From Octopus sinensis (lineage: Eukaryota): 64,000 nucleotides of DNA. Below are positions 24,980 through 37,526 of this stretch, piece by piece (within the stretch, counting starts at the first letter, position 1; each line of letters begins with the position of its first letter). The stretch lies in the NCBI RefSeq assembly GCF_006345805.1, contig NC_043003.1, positions 104,160,001 to 104,224,000 of the forward strand. The letters run 5' to 3'. The notes under the pieces were generated by a model. The model made no database searches. It was given only the letters and a program-made list of their open reading frames with translations, and was not told the DNA's origin. The position numbers were made by a program, and so were the translations under genes.

Positions 24980-27570
24980 TTAATTAATTATTTTGGGACA
25001 CCATGGACCACTCAAGCAGAGAGTTGTCTGAGACGTATCCAGGTGTAGTTGGTTTGTTTGGTATTTCCTGGAAGAATTTGTCCAGGTACCATTTGAAAGT
25101 TGTGGGATCTTTTTCTTCTTTAATTTTTTTCGGGATAACATTTGCAGTGAAGAAATTGTGCCACGATGTTCTTATGTGATGTAAACTCAACCTTTGTAGG
25201 GGACTTAGTCTTGGGTAAATTGTAAACATAATACCGATATCATTTGAATAATATTGGTGGAATATTTTCCACATGGTGTAAATAATGTATCGATCATGGC
25301 AGTGTTGCAGAGAATAGAGTTTCAGCTGTTTAAGTCGAGCCCAATAATCAAATCCCATCATGCCATTTATTTTTTTAATGATTGATCTTTGTGGCACTTC
25401 GATCCTCATTATGTCTTGTTTTTAGTAGGGAGACCACAATGGGCAGCAGTATTTGAGGTGGAGCCTAGTGAATGTGGAGAAGAGAAGGATGATGCTTTCA
25501 TGATCCCTAGATTGAAAAGTTCTGAGTATTCGTGAGCACATTCTGCAGACAACATCAACTTTTTTGTTGATGTGCACACTCCAGCTGCTGTTGACAGTTC
25601 CACCTAAGTCTCTGATATTATCTGATGGTTCAAGTAGGTCTCCCAACAGTAGTGTATATGGTTGTTTGAGTGTTTTCTGTTTTCCAAAGTGGATGAGCTC
25701 AAATTTTTCTTCGTTGAACTGCATATTGTTTTTGTTTTTTTGTGCCCACTGGGTTTCTGCACATAGGTCCGATTGAAGCATCGTTCAATCATATGTTCCT
25801 TTAATAATTTACTGAAGCTTAGAGTCTTCTACATATATTTTAATGGTGCTATGTTAAATAGAATCTGCAATGTCATTGATATAGACAATAAAAAGAAGTG
25901 GACCCAGTGCGGCACTCTGTGGGACTCGGCTGATTACTTTTGCTGGTCTTGAGTGGATGCCATCAACCAGAATATGCCTGATCCTGTTTGTTAGGAAATA
26001 TTTAATCCATTGAAGTAACTTTCCACTAACGCTACCATTGGACAGTATATTGTGGTCAACTGTCAAAAGCCTTGCTGAAACCAAGGTATATGACATTGGC
26101 ATTGGAACCCTCACTTAGTGCATCTAATATGTCATCAAAGTGGTGGAGGAGCTGTGTTAAACAGTCCCTCCCTCCATGAAAGTCTTGCTGGTTGCAATTT
26201 AGAAGATGATTTTGCTCTAGAAAGGCTGTTATTCTTGATCTCAACACTCTCTCAAATATTTTGATGATATGTGAGGTGAGTGAGATTGGACGGTAATTTA
26301 CTGGGAGTGATTTATCCTCTTTTTTAGATAGGAACAACTGACTGGGAGAGAAGGTTTTGAGAGATAAAACCAGCATCCAGTGATTTCTTCCAGAGATTTG
26401 CAAGAGGAGCTGCAAATTGCTGTCTGCATTCCTTCAGCACTCTAGCAGGGAACCTGTCAGGACCCACTGCTGAATCAGGTTTGATTTCTTTTATTGCTGC
26501 GAGGATGTCAGTAGCGTTGAAGGATATGTTGGAAAGGACATGCTGAACATTCAACAAAACAAAGCTGCTTGATTCAACTGAATCAGGGTCACTGAAAGCA
26601 GAGCCGTATCGACTTTGCAGAATCTCAGCCATGTCTTTGGCATCACTGTGAAGGATGCCATTTCCGTCAGTCAGTGGATTGATAGAGGAAACTGTGGTTC
26701 TATGTGTTTTTGCAAAGGAGTAAAAAATGCCTTAGGATTATTCTAGATGTTTTTAATAGCCCAGGCTTCCTCTGCAGCTATTTGGTTATTTATGAGGGTT
26801 CTCATACAGTCCTGCAGCTGTTGCTTCTTTGATTCCAAGGTTGTTAATGCTCTCAATTGTGGGTGCTGCTGATAGTGGTATTTTAGAGTATTGATTTTTT
26901 GGTTTATTCTTTTTATTCTCCTGATGAGTGCTTTTCTCTGTTTTCGAATCCTGCACCTTCTGTTATTTATGAGTCGTGCTTTAGTGGAGTTAGTGATTTA
27001 TGTCAAATTTTTGGATGCTGAAGATTGAGGTTACAGAGCACTGTGTCATGATTGGATATGAAGGTTCTTTCCACTGTAATGTTATGGATAGTGTCTGCAT
27101 GATTGCTTAGCACTAGATCCAAGACACTTTGGCTGTTTCTGGTTGGTTCATGGATGAGTTATAACAGGAAAAAATTATCCATAAATTTGAAAAGTAACTC
27201 CACTGCTGCTTTGTCTGAGCTTGCGGTGAAGGTTCTTGGTCTAACAATATTAGTGAAACCAATCTACAGAGAGGAGATTAAAATTGCCCGTCATCAGAAT
27301 ATTTCCTGGGTTACATTGCAGGAGGAAAGATTTGATCTTGTTGAGGCACTCTTGGGGATAGTGTAAGGAGCGCTTGTTGGGGTTTGTAGAGCCCAATGAC
27401 AGACAGATTTTTACCCTTGTTGTGTACAGAGACTGATTTGCAGTAGCCATTGGAGAAAAGGCCCTTGGCATCTGCGCTCAAAGAATCATGGAGGAAAACA
27501 GCATTTCCACTCTTCGGCCTGCCCTATCAGCACAAATGACAGTGAAGTCTCTGATTTTCAGTTCAGCCCC
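24980..27570 (-). mobile_element. CR1-like LINE ORF2 (APE endonuclease plus RT), frameshifted
   Basis: ILMTGNFN, HEPTR..SVLDLVLSN, GPDRFPARVLKEC, NYRPISLTSHIIKIFER, VPQSAALGPLLFIVYINDI, NMQFNEEKFELIHFG and RLKQLKLYSLQ occur in the expected order. Confidence 0.92.
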
Positions 27571-28729
27571 TAAATGTGGGGAGGTTCCATAAATCAAACA
27601 ATTCTATCTAGTCTCTGCCAAAAAGGTTCATCGTATTTTTTGATACAAAAACTTTAGCCTTCAAAGTTTTCCCATGAAATGTTACCCCACTAATCATGTT
27701 GTCCCAAAATCATAACTGTTTTCCTGAGATACCTCTTGTAATTTTCACAGATTTTTTCAATACAGGCCTTCCTATTTTTTCCATGTATCCTCATTAATTA
27801 TTGTGATGTCACTACCTGTGTCCAACTGTAGTCTCGTATTCACATTATTTATTTTTATAGAGACAAATTTTCTTTTTTGTGCCTCACTTTGCATTTGTGT
27901 TGACAATATTTTTTTCTTGAATTTTTTACATTTGACCTGTTTTGGTTTCACCCAACAATGTGAATTCTTGTGTCCAATTTTCTCGCATCCAAAACATTTT
28001 AAATTCTTAAAAGGACAGTTTCTTTTGAAATGTATTTCTCCACATCCATAACATGATTGTTGTAGATTTATAATTCTTTAACATTCTTCAGCTATTATTT
28101 GTGGAGTTAGTTTTGAATCTTGTTCAATTTTGTCAATATTCAAGCCCTTATCTCTGCATCTTTACTTGCTGTTAATCCTTGTACAAAGACTAAACATTTA
28201 AACATGTCTGGGCTTAATTCGTTGAGTTTAAATTTTTCACATTCTCTATTTATGATTCCAGCATATCTGACGAAATCTTCCGTTTCTTTTTTTTTTTCAA
28301 AATCAAACACTCCCAGTGAATATAAAATAGTGAACTTCTTTCACTGAATATTTTAGATAATAGCTTAAACAAATTTTGGATGGTTTTCTTAGCAAGATGT
28401 AATTACAAAACTTTTCATGTTCTGCTGGTGATAATTTCTATAAACGAAGGCGTACCTTCTTTTCGTCCATCCAACTTTTACACTCTTCCTTGAAGATTCC
28501 TTCATACCTTCTGAAGTATGCAGAAAATGTAATCCTTTCTTCTGGATTATATGTGAATTCTTCAATTGAATTAGCAACTGCATCTGCCAAAAACAAACTT
28601 GGAGTGTTTTTTGACTGCAATAATAATTCCAACAACTGTTGATTTTTGTTGTTGTTGCTGTTTCCTATTCTTGTTGTTATTGTTGCTGCTGTTGTTGTTG
28701 TTGCTGTTTAGCAACTACCAGCTGGATAG

Positions 28730-29205
28730 TTGGTTAGTGCTGCTCCTCAATCACCATCTGCTTCTCTGCCATCTTCAGCCATCTCTCCCACACCTTGAGT
28801 GCCAGTCTGGGCTCCTTCGCAACCCCCATCGGGATCCGTCAGCTGACCGCAGATCGGCGGATGGATAGCTGGGCACTCCAACATCACGTGTTCTCCCGTT
28901 TCTTCACCCATTTTGCAATTGCGACAAATAGGGTCCTCAATTTTTCCAATCTTGTGCTACCAGCTTCTCAAATCCGGATGGTGGCCACTTCGCAATCTGC
29001 TAAGCGTGACTTGTTCTTGGCAAGTCAACTGTCATTCCTTGATGCGATTGAGTTTTTCTCCTCTTTCACCATAAACCTTTCACAACCGTTCATGCTGCAT
29101 TGGAAGGCTTCGTATCGATCGCTTGATAGCCACCTTTGCTGCTGCATAATGCCAATCTGTCCCCTCTTGATCTTGTTCAGATCCCTCTTTCGCTTTCTCA
29201 GTTGC
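28730..29205 (-). mobile_element. LINE 3' end with CCHC knuckle (I/R1/Ingi-like), ending in (CAA)n
   Basis: LSRLRSGHH...DPICRNCKMGEETGEHVMLECPA gives C-X2-C-X8-H-X4-C. Confidence 0.75.
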
Positions 29206-29585
29206 TGCTGCTGCTTGTTTGTTTGTTGAGGGAAGCGGTTTTCGTCCCTTTGTGGGAGAAGTCCGAAACGTGGTCCTTTGCTATTCGTAAGACTCGCAGA
29301 AGAGAAAGTGAGTCAACCCCCAACACCGAGAGCATCGATGGACGGATGAATGCGCATCCAGGCTCAGCGGTTGCGTAGGAAGTCGGGGATAAGAAACAGG
29401 AAGAAAGAGTGAGAGAAAGTTGGAGCGAGAGTACAACAGGGGTCGCCACCACCCCCTGCCGGAGCCTCGTAGAGCTTTAGGTGTTTTTGCTCAATAAACA
29501 CACACAACACCCGGTCTGGAAATCGAAACCGCGATCCTCCGACCACGAGTCTGCTGCCCTAACCATTGGGCCATTGCGCCTCCAC
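29205..29585 (-). mobile_element. tRNA(Arg)-like SINE, long-tail family
   Basis: Same head and body as the 4056 and 23703 copies, with a variant tail. Confidence 0.9.
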
Positions 29586-29666
29586 TGTTGTTGCTATTGC
29601 GCCTCCACTGTTGTTGCTACTGCGCCTCCACTGTTGTTGCTACTGCGCCTCCACTGTTGTTGCTAC
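29575..29666. repeat. 4 x 23-bp tandem repeat of the SINE 5' junction
   Basis: tgcgcctccactgttgttgcta(t/c) four times. Confidence 0.95.
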
Positions 29667-29825
29667 TGCTCTTGTTGTTGTAGTTGTCGTTGCAACTAAA
29701 CCATGGAAGCTAATAGTTTTTCAATGCTAAGAACGTCCACCATGAGCTTCAGACATCTTGTTGCCACTGTTGTGTCTCGTGGGCACTGTTAATGTCCTTC
29801 TCTGAACTCACTGTATCTATGCCAC

Positions 29826-30005
29826 TTTATAACGTGGACTTATAACAAGTTTATAACACTACAAATATAAATCAGAAACAACATGTGACAAACAATATCT
29901 CTTCTCACCGACTTCTACAACTGTCTTCACAAATCCCCAGCACACACCACACTGTCCTTCACTGACAGAGTTCATGCAGTGTATTTCAACAGAAAGAGGG
30001 TAACA
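29826..30005 (-). mobile_element. Possible 5' LTR of the Gypsy remnant
   Basis: Minus strand starts TGTTA and is followed by TGGC (PBS-like) upstream of gag. No second LTR is available to confirm it. Confidence 0.3.
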
Positions 30006-30559
30006 AAAGGGTCAAAGTACTTATCTCTGCTAATCAGCTGAACAACAGAAAGTCAGCCTAAAAACATTGCATTCATGTTTAATTTCAGAACTGAATTAGA
30101 TTCTAGCTTATCCATAGTAACTTAGATAAGGTTAAAGAAGATACACAAATTTTTAACCTTATCTAAGCAAGTTTTCATGATGACAAATACATCAGCCATA
30201 TACTGGAGTGTTTGTTTATCATAGAACTGAGCATCTCCTGCTCCCAATAATTTATATAAATCCTGACAAAAGTGAAGTCTAACATTAAACCTATCAAAAC
30301 AGTTTGAAGGGTTTCTTTGAATAATAAATTTGGTTTGTAATTGATCCTCAGATGACATTGGCTATTCAATCAAAGAACATGCAAACTTTCTGCAGTAAAA
30401 ATGGAGTGGGGTAAAATAAGATGTAATAGAATATCTTTGGGGATTTGCAATGGAACACTAGGAAATGAGCTTTCAATGGGAACTTAGAAGGTGACACTTT
30501 TAATAATTCTAAAGAGAATTCTGATAATTAAATAGAATGTCTTTATCTCCTTTTTGGTT

Positions 30560-30790
30560 AGCTTGTGTGCTCGTATGGTCATGTAATGCCTATGGATGAG
30601 GACAGCTTCATAAAAAAGTGCCAATCTCTAATTGTGTAGGGAACCTGGGAAGTGATAGATCCAGGAAGACATGGGACAAAGTGCTGAGAAAGGATCTCCA
30701 GATGTTGATCCTCACTAAGATGACAAGGTACCAAGACTTCTGGTGATTTACTGTGTTTGAAAAGACATGCATATCAAGCTAAGTAAAATA
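30560..30790 (+). mobile_element. RTE-clade C-terminal fragment
   Basis: YGHVMPMDEDSFIKKCQSL...RSRKTWDKVLRKDLQML. Confidence 0.75.
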
Positions 30791-31199
30791 CCACATTGAC
30801 ACCACCCACTGCTGGCTCCTCCACTTACACTCACCTGCCTACCTGCACTCTTTCCATACCATCACATATCTACCATACCCCCTCTCTACCACTTCTAATT
30901 CCTCTCACCATCACTTGCTATCTCTAAACATCTTCCCCTTGCACTTTTATGGAACATCCCCCTCTAGTTCTACTAACCCCCATTATTCTCCATGGGCAGG
31001 CCCTCTCTCTCCCTCACTCCAACTGTCTCTCTATCTTTCCCTCTAACTCTCTCCCACCTTCCTCTCCCTCCTTGTCCTACTGAGGGAGGTAGCCAAGTAT
31101 CTCCTCAATTGTAAAAGGGCTACCTCTGTCCCTTTATCATACTCAAATCTCTTGGTTCCACTCCTTCTCTCAGTGAGAAGTCCTTGTCTTGTGAACTCT

Positions 31200-31520
31200 C
31201 AAATGCTTGTGCTATGTAAAAAGCACCTGTGTTGAGGCCACTTAAAAAAGCACCCATGCTGGTGTCACTTAAAAAGTACCTGTGTTGGTACCATGCATAA
31301 AGCACCTATGCTGGTGTCATATCTAAAGCACTGGTGCTGGTGCCATGTAAGTAGCAACCAGTATACTCTGTAAAGTGGTTGGAACTAGCAAGAGCATCCA
31401 GCCATAGAAACCATACCAAAACAGAGAATTGGAGGCTGGTGCAGCTCTCCTGATTGTCAGATCCTGTCAAATAGTCTAACCCATACCAGCATGGAAAACA
31501 GACGTTAAATGATGATGGGT
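31200..31520 (+). mobile_element. RTE-type tail with an array of ~24-bp aaaaagcacctgtgctggtgccac units
   Basis: Five to six degenerate units precede the conserved tail and gatgatg. Confidence 0.7.
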
Positions 31521-32002
31521 ATAGTACTGAAACTGTGACCTCTCAATGCAGAGAAATAGCAGCTTGACCTGGAAGGACTCCCTGATCTTCAAGTCATTCA
31601 CCCTGTCAAGTAACATTACTCCAGAACTCCTTTGGAAGTACCCTATTTCAGCCATTAGTATCTGCGATCATACTCTTTTGGTCATCACCCAGCATTCATG
31701 ATCATGTGATTAGAATGTCACAGGGAAGAATCGTAAGATGGTTTCTTCAAGTCAAGCCAAGCAGTAGGAAATGTTGGAGTGGCCCAAGAATGAGATGGTT
31801 GAATAATATATACAGAGTCTTGGTTGGTCATGCTTGGGAATCCAACTGAAGTTCATTGGCAATTGCTTCTGATGAGACCTGCAGAGGAGGTACCTGAGGA
31901 CTCTACTACCACAATTCTTCTGGGAATAGTGGGCAGAGATGGATGGATGGATGGATAATTAAATGATTTATATGACTTGATTTAGTCTAATTCTTTCTGT
32001 AT

Positions 32003-32299
32003 GGAGGCACATGGCCTAGTGGTTAGAGCAGCAGACTCGCAGTCGAGGGATTGCAGGTTCGAATCTCAGGCTAGGCAATGTGTGTGTTTATGAACAAAAA
32101 CACCTAAGCTCCACGAGGGCTCCCGCAGAAGGTAATGGCAAACATCTGCTGACTCTTTTGCCGCAACTTTCTCTCACTCTTTCCTCCTGCATCTTGCAGC
32201 TCACCTGCGATGGACCGGCATCCTGTCCAGGTGGGGAACCTATATGTCAAGGAAATTGGGAAACCAGGCATGGCTCGAGAAGGAACAAACAAAACAAAA
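32003..32299 (+). mobile_element. tRNA(Arg)-like SINE, short-tail family
   Basis: Matches the reverse complement of 3695-3981. Confidence 0.85.
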
Positions 32300-32397
32300 T
32301 TCTCTCTGCAATCATTTTTTAAAAGTTTAATTTGAGGAGGAGGTTGGACATGCCTAGTGCAAAAGGAGACTCTGTCAAAATGATGAAGTTAATATAT

Positions 32398-32810
32398 ATT
32401 TCTTTACTACCCACAAGGGGCTAAACACAGAGAGGACAAACAAGGACAGACAAACGGATTAAGTCGATTATATCGACCCCAGTGCATAACTGGTACTTAT
32501 TTAATCGCCCCCGAAAGGATGAAAGACAAAGTTGACCCTGGCAGAATTTGAACTCAGAATATAACGACAGATGAAATACCTATTTCTTTACTACCCACAA
32601 CGGGCTAAACACAGAGGGGACAAACAAGGACAGACAAACGGATTAAGTCGATTATATCGCCCGCATTGCTCAACTGGTACTTATTTAATTGACCCTGAAA
32701 GGATGAAAGACAAAGTCGACCTCGGAGGAATTTGAACTCAGAACGTAACGGCAGACGAAATATGGCTACGCATTTCACCTGGCGTGCTAACATTCCTGCC
32801 AGCTCACCGC
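32398..32810 (-). mobile_element. SINE dimer (one head, two bodies)
   Basis: Junction gtaaagaaatag-gtatttcatctg at 32580. Confidence 0.9.
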
Positions 32811-33363
32811 ATTTCCCAAACTGATGTAGTTAATATAATTGAGGTTTAGCTTCAATTTTTGTAGGTCAATAACTATTTTGACTGAGTGGGTATTCCAGAT
32901 GGTTACAAGTCTGAAGAGGAAGGATTGGGTAAAAATATTTAGTCTAGAATTTAAGCTTTGAAACACCAGCTGTATGTTGTAACTAGCTAGAAGTGAGCAA
33001 GATATCAACAGTCACACAGGCACAAACACATATGCATACCCATGTATGCACACACACACACTCACACACACACGCATCCTGCCAACCCTCACTGGTTTAT
33101 AAGCAAGACAATATTTGTCCGTGGTCTGACATATTTCACGAAAAATTGGCAATAAAGGACTATGACTGTCCTACAATGTCTAAATATCAACAGTCACACA
33201 GGCATAAACACATAAGTACACACACACACAGATACACAGCTATCTTCTTTTGGTTCTGTTTTCCAAATTGCAGGCTTTAGTCATAACAGTAGAAGACATT
33301 TGCCCAAGATACTAGGCTGTGGTTTGAACCTGAAACCACATGGCTAGCAAACTAGTTTCTTAA

Positions 33364-33583
33364 CCTTTTCGTTAATGTATTTATTTTGAGATGCTCTGTG
33401 TTTCTTTCAATTACTTTAAATATATCAAAGAATTTAGTAAAATAACTTAGTTATCATTCTGCTAGTTTTAGGAACATAAATTGTGACTAAGGTTTGGTGG
33501 AAGATTCTAATTCAAAACTTATGGAAACAAGACATTTGTACTCAGAGCCAAAGGCGGTTTCAGCCGGGTTGGTAACAAAAGGG
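33364..33583. mobile_element. piggyBac-like MITE with TTAA TSD
   Basis: TTAA|ccttttcgtta ... taacaaaaggg|TTAA. The interior resembles 24448-24725. Confidence 0.75.
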
Positions 33584-33886
33584 TTAAACACAGCCCGCAG
33601 TCTGTGGATTGAAATATATTGTAAGGAGTTAGTTTTGGTATATTCAATGGTGTTCATTTGGATGAACTCAAGTGTGAAAGGGGTTTCTAGTTTATGTACA
33701 TTATACAAATCCCCAAAATATAATTTGGTGAAAATTTAATGAGATCCTTTATTAGTTTGAATAACGACATTATTGATTACAGTAATGATGTTGTTGATTG
33801 CAACAAGTTGGATCAAGTATATATTTGTGTGTGTAGAATATAAAGAAAGCCAGAAGGTATGAGATGAATATATTTATTTCACCAGT

Positions 33887-34278
33887 ATAGGTGCAGGAGT
33901 GGCTGTGTGGTAAGTAGCTTGCTAACCAACCACATGGTTCCGGGTTCAGTCCCACTGCGTGGCACCTTGGGCAAGTGTCTTCTGCTATAGCCTCGGGCCA
34001 ACCAAAGCCTTGTGAGTGGATTTGGTAGACGGAAACTGAAAGAAGCCCGTCATATATATATATATATGCGTGTGTGTCTGTGTTTGTCCCCTAGCATTGC
34101 TTGACAACCGATGCTGGTGTGTTTATGTCCCCGTTACTTAGCGGTTCGGCAAAAAGAGACCGATAGAATAAGTACTGGGCTTACAAAAGAATAAGTCCCG
34201 GGGTCGAGTTGCTCGATTAAAGGCAGTGCTGCAGCATGGCTGCAGTCAAATGACTGAAACATGTAAAAGAGTAAAGAG
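33887..34278 (+). mobile_element. Full-length bipartite SINE
   Basis: Same structure as 9114-9512. Confidence 0.9.
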
Positions 34279-34504
34279 TTGATATCCATAAGACTGTGAT
34301 TGTTTTGCAGTCAACGGAATTTATTATAGTGTAATAAATTATTTTTCATGTCTGCACTAGTGTATATGATATAAATTACACAATGCTATTGTACATTTTA
34401 CAAGCTAATACAGATATAGAAGCTAATACAGATCCATAGAATATCATGGTTACACTGATTCTTCAATCATCTTCATTTAATATCTGCTATACATGATGTC
34501 AATC

Positions 34505-35055
34505 AAAATCAAATTCGATGACTGGCATCTGTGCTAGCAGGGTGCAAAGAGCACCATACGAACGTGATCGTTGACAGAGCGGTTAACTGGCTTCCGTGCC
34601 AGTGGCACTTAAAAGGCACCATCGAGCGTGATTGTTACTAGCGTCGCCTAACTGGCACTTGTGCCCATGCTAGTAGGGTATTAAGAGCACCATCCGAGTG
34701 TGATTGTTGCCAGAGCAGCCAATTGGCTTCCGTGCCAGTGGCACATAAAAGGGCACCATTCGAGCATGATTGTTACCAACGTCGCCTTACTGGCACCCGT
34801 GCTGGTGGCATGTGTAAAAAGATTCGAGCGAGGTCGTTGCCAGTACCGCCTGACTGGCCCCATGCCGGTGGCATGTAAAAAGCACCCACTACACTCTCGG
34901 AGTGGTTGGCATTAGGAAGGGCATCCAACTGTAGAAACTCTGCCAAATCAAGATTGGAACCTGGTGCAGCCATCTGGTTCGCCAGCCCTCAGTCAAAATC
35001 GTCCAACCCATGCTAGCATGGAAAGCTGACATTAAACGATGATGATGATGATGCT
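34505..35055 (+). mobile_element. RTE-type 3' end with A-B-A-B-C array
   Basis: Unit-by-unit match to 18100-18610. Confidence 0.85.
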
Positions 35056-36287
35056 GGTATGAATTAGATGGTTTGACAGGAGCTGGCAAATCAGAGGCCT
35101 GCACCAAGCTCTTCTGTCTGCTTTAGCATGGTTTCTATGGCTGGATGCCTTTCCTAATTTGCCAACCGCTTTACAGAGTGTTCTGAGTACTTTCCATGTG
35201 GCACCAGCACCAACAAGGTTACCCAATAACTTGCAAGACAAGATGCCTCAACTGAGAGGAGATGAGTATTGAGTGCCTGATGAGGAGAGGGTAAGTGTGA
35301 TAAAAGGACAGAAATGGATATTTTGCAGTAGATGAGATACATGGCTCACCCTGGTGGAAAAAAGTGGAAAGAATGAGAGAAGGTGAAGAAGGTTTAATGG
35401 GTTTTTAGCCCACTAATTTAAATATAACGTCTGGTCTTCCTTCGAATAGCTGTAGGAATTAATCCAGTGAAAAACAACAACAATTTGTATGGGTTTTTGA
35501 GGCCTTCATGTACATGGTATAGTTATTCCAATCCAGGAGGAGAGTATTCGTACACAGCTTGAATATTTAACATTTTACAGAACAGAATGAAGTTGAATAA
35601 GAAAAGGTTTTCATCTTGCCACCTTCCATGACTGGTATAGTGGATTCCACTCAATTCAAATCGATGCTGGGTAGTCTAGTAGCAGAGAGGGAGACGATGC
35701 AGTTAGCAGCAGGCCGCTTGGTCAGCAACAAAGAGAGCGTTTCTTGGCTCTGCCCGTCTTTTTATCCCCTATCTCACGAGTGCCCTCTTGTTGTTAACGA
35801 TGTGACCAGGGAAGATAACTCCAGATGACCCACGTTCGGACATGGATTCAACTACGGTTGCCTACAAAGGTATCAGAACGTGCCCTCAAATTACAGGGAG
35901 AGGTATATAAGTGGAAGAGAGGATTAAATAGATAGGGTGGGCAGGAAAGTTTGTGAGTGTGTGAAAGAAGAGTGAGAGATGGTGGGGAGATGAATGCAGT
36001 GAGTGAACATAGGTGCCGGAAATAATGGTTTTGTGAGTGTGTGTGCATGCATGTGTGTGTGTGTGTGTAAATAATCATCATCGTCGTTCATTTTTCTCTG
36101 CAGGTTTTGTGGCTTTCGTTATGCCAGCTTGCGGTAGAAACTACTCTCAATCTAACCACTATAACATTCCTGTGCTATTATATAGCTGTGCTGGTACATC
36201 ACATCACAGACCATACCTCCATGCTCACAGGCATCATCCTTCTATATATTAGCTGATGGACTCAATGATTGTTTGTGTGTTTTTCAG

Positions 36288-36370
36288 GTGCTGTTGTCCA
36301 CTTGTTATGTCGAAATACGGAGAGAGCTGAGACAATTAAAGATCAAATTAAACAGACCACAGGAAATGAG
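36288..36370 (+). CDS. DHRS12: DHRS12-like exon (83 nt, phase 1 to phase 0)
   Basis: ttttcag acceptor and gtaaga donor. Encodes (G)AVVHLLCRNTERAETIKDQIKQTTGNE. The Arg after beta-2 is typical of NADP(H)-preferring classical SDRs. Confidence 0.93.
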
Positions 36371-36547
36371 GTAAGATTTCATTTGATATGCTATGTGGAC
36401 ATTTTATTTTCGTTTTAAAATTGACAACTCCACTGCATTGAGAGGTTACAACTCCAGTACATGTGATTAGAATGTTGCAAGAAAGAATTGCAAGAGAGAT
36501 TCTTCAAGCCAAGCCAGCTGGCAGGAGACCAAGGGGTAGAGCAAGAA

Positions 36548-36778
36548 TGTGAGCTGGCAGGAACGTAAGCACGCCAGGCGAAATGCTTAGCGGTATTTCG
36601 TCTGTCGTTACGTTCTGAGTTCAAATTCCGCTGAGGTCGACTTTGCCTTTCATCCTTTTGGCGTCGATAAATTAAGTACCAGTTACGCACTGGGGTCGAT
36701 GTAATCGACTTAATACCTATGTCTGTCCTTGTTTGTCCCCTCTATGTTTAGCCCCTTTTGGGCAATAAAGAAATAGGT
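36548..36778 (+). mobile_element. Monomeric SINE of the family that forms the 13.8-kb trimer
   Basis: gagctggcaggaacg...cttagcggtatttcgtctg...taaagaaatagg. Confidence 0.9.
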
Positions 36779-37476
36779 TGGTTGAATAATATTGGTAGTT
36801 GTAGTTGATCACACTTGGAAATCCAACTTGAAAGTGTAATGACAGATGCTTCTGATTGAACCCTATAAAGGAGGTGCCTGAGGGCTCTACCACCACAACC
36901 CTCCCAGGAATAATGGGCATAGAATGGATGGAATTTACAACAAATGTTGACAAATCTATTATTGTAATAGTGACTTTGTACTAGACAGTATTCCTAGTTT
37001 TTCCCCCTCAGAGCATCAGCCCTCTGGAATCTTCTCTTTGGTCATGCGAGTGTTGAGTTGCAATAATTTAAATAGAACATTAATGGTACAAAGCTTGCCA
37101 GTCCCAGAGGTCCTTTGAAAGTGATGGGCACTGTCCTTTCATCCAAGTTCATCAAGTAAAATAAAAGAAAAAAGAAAATATTACTATTTCGTCAACCCCA
37201 GAAAGGTGATATAGTTAGTCATTGACTCTGGCAGGATTTGAACTCAGTACTCAAAGGGATACAACTGAATACTAAGAATCATTTAATCAGTTGCTCTACT
37301 AATTATGTTAATGCATATTTCTCAAGTACAACAATAGTGACATCAACAAAATAACAAGTGGCATTAGCAACAGTAACAACAACAACAATAGCTAAGTCAG
37401 ATACATTATTCAAAAAGTAAATTTACTTTATACAGACACACATACACACATACTTACACACACACACACATATGTG

Positions 37477-37526
<50 letters not shown>

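Larger units (their letters stand above)
27575..29790 (-). mobile_element. Gypsy/Ty3 LTR-retrotransposon gag-protease remnant, interrupted in its poly-Gln region
   Basis: NSIEEFTYNPEERITFSAYFRRYEGIF..EKKVRL (gag) and RLQLDTGSDITIINEDTWKKIGRP (aspartic protease DTG). The N-terminus EKLLASMV*LQRQLQQQ lies at about 29680-29740. Confidence 0.85.
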
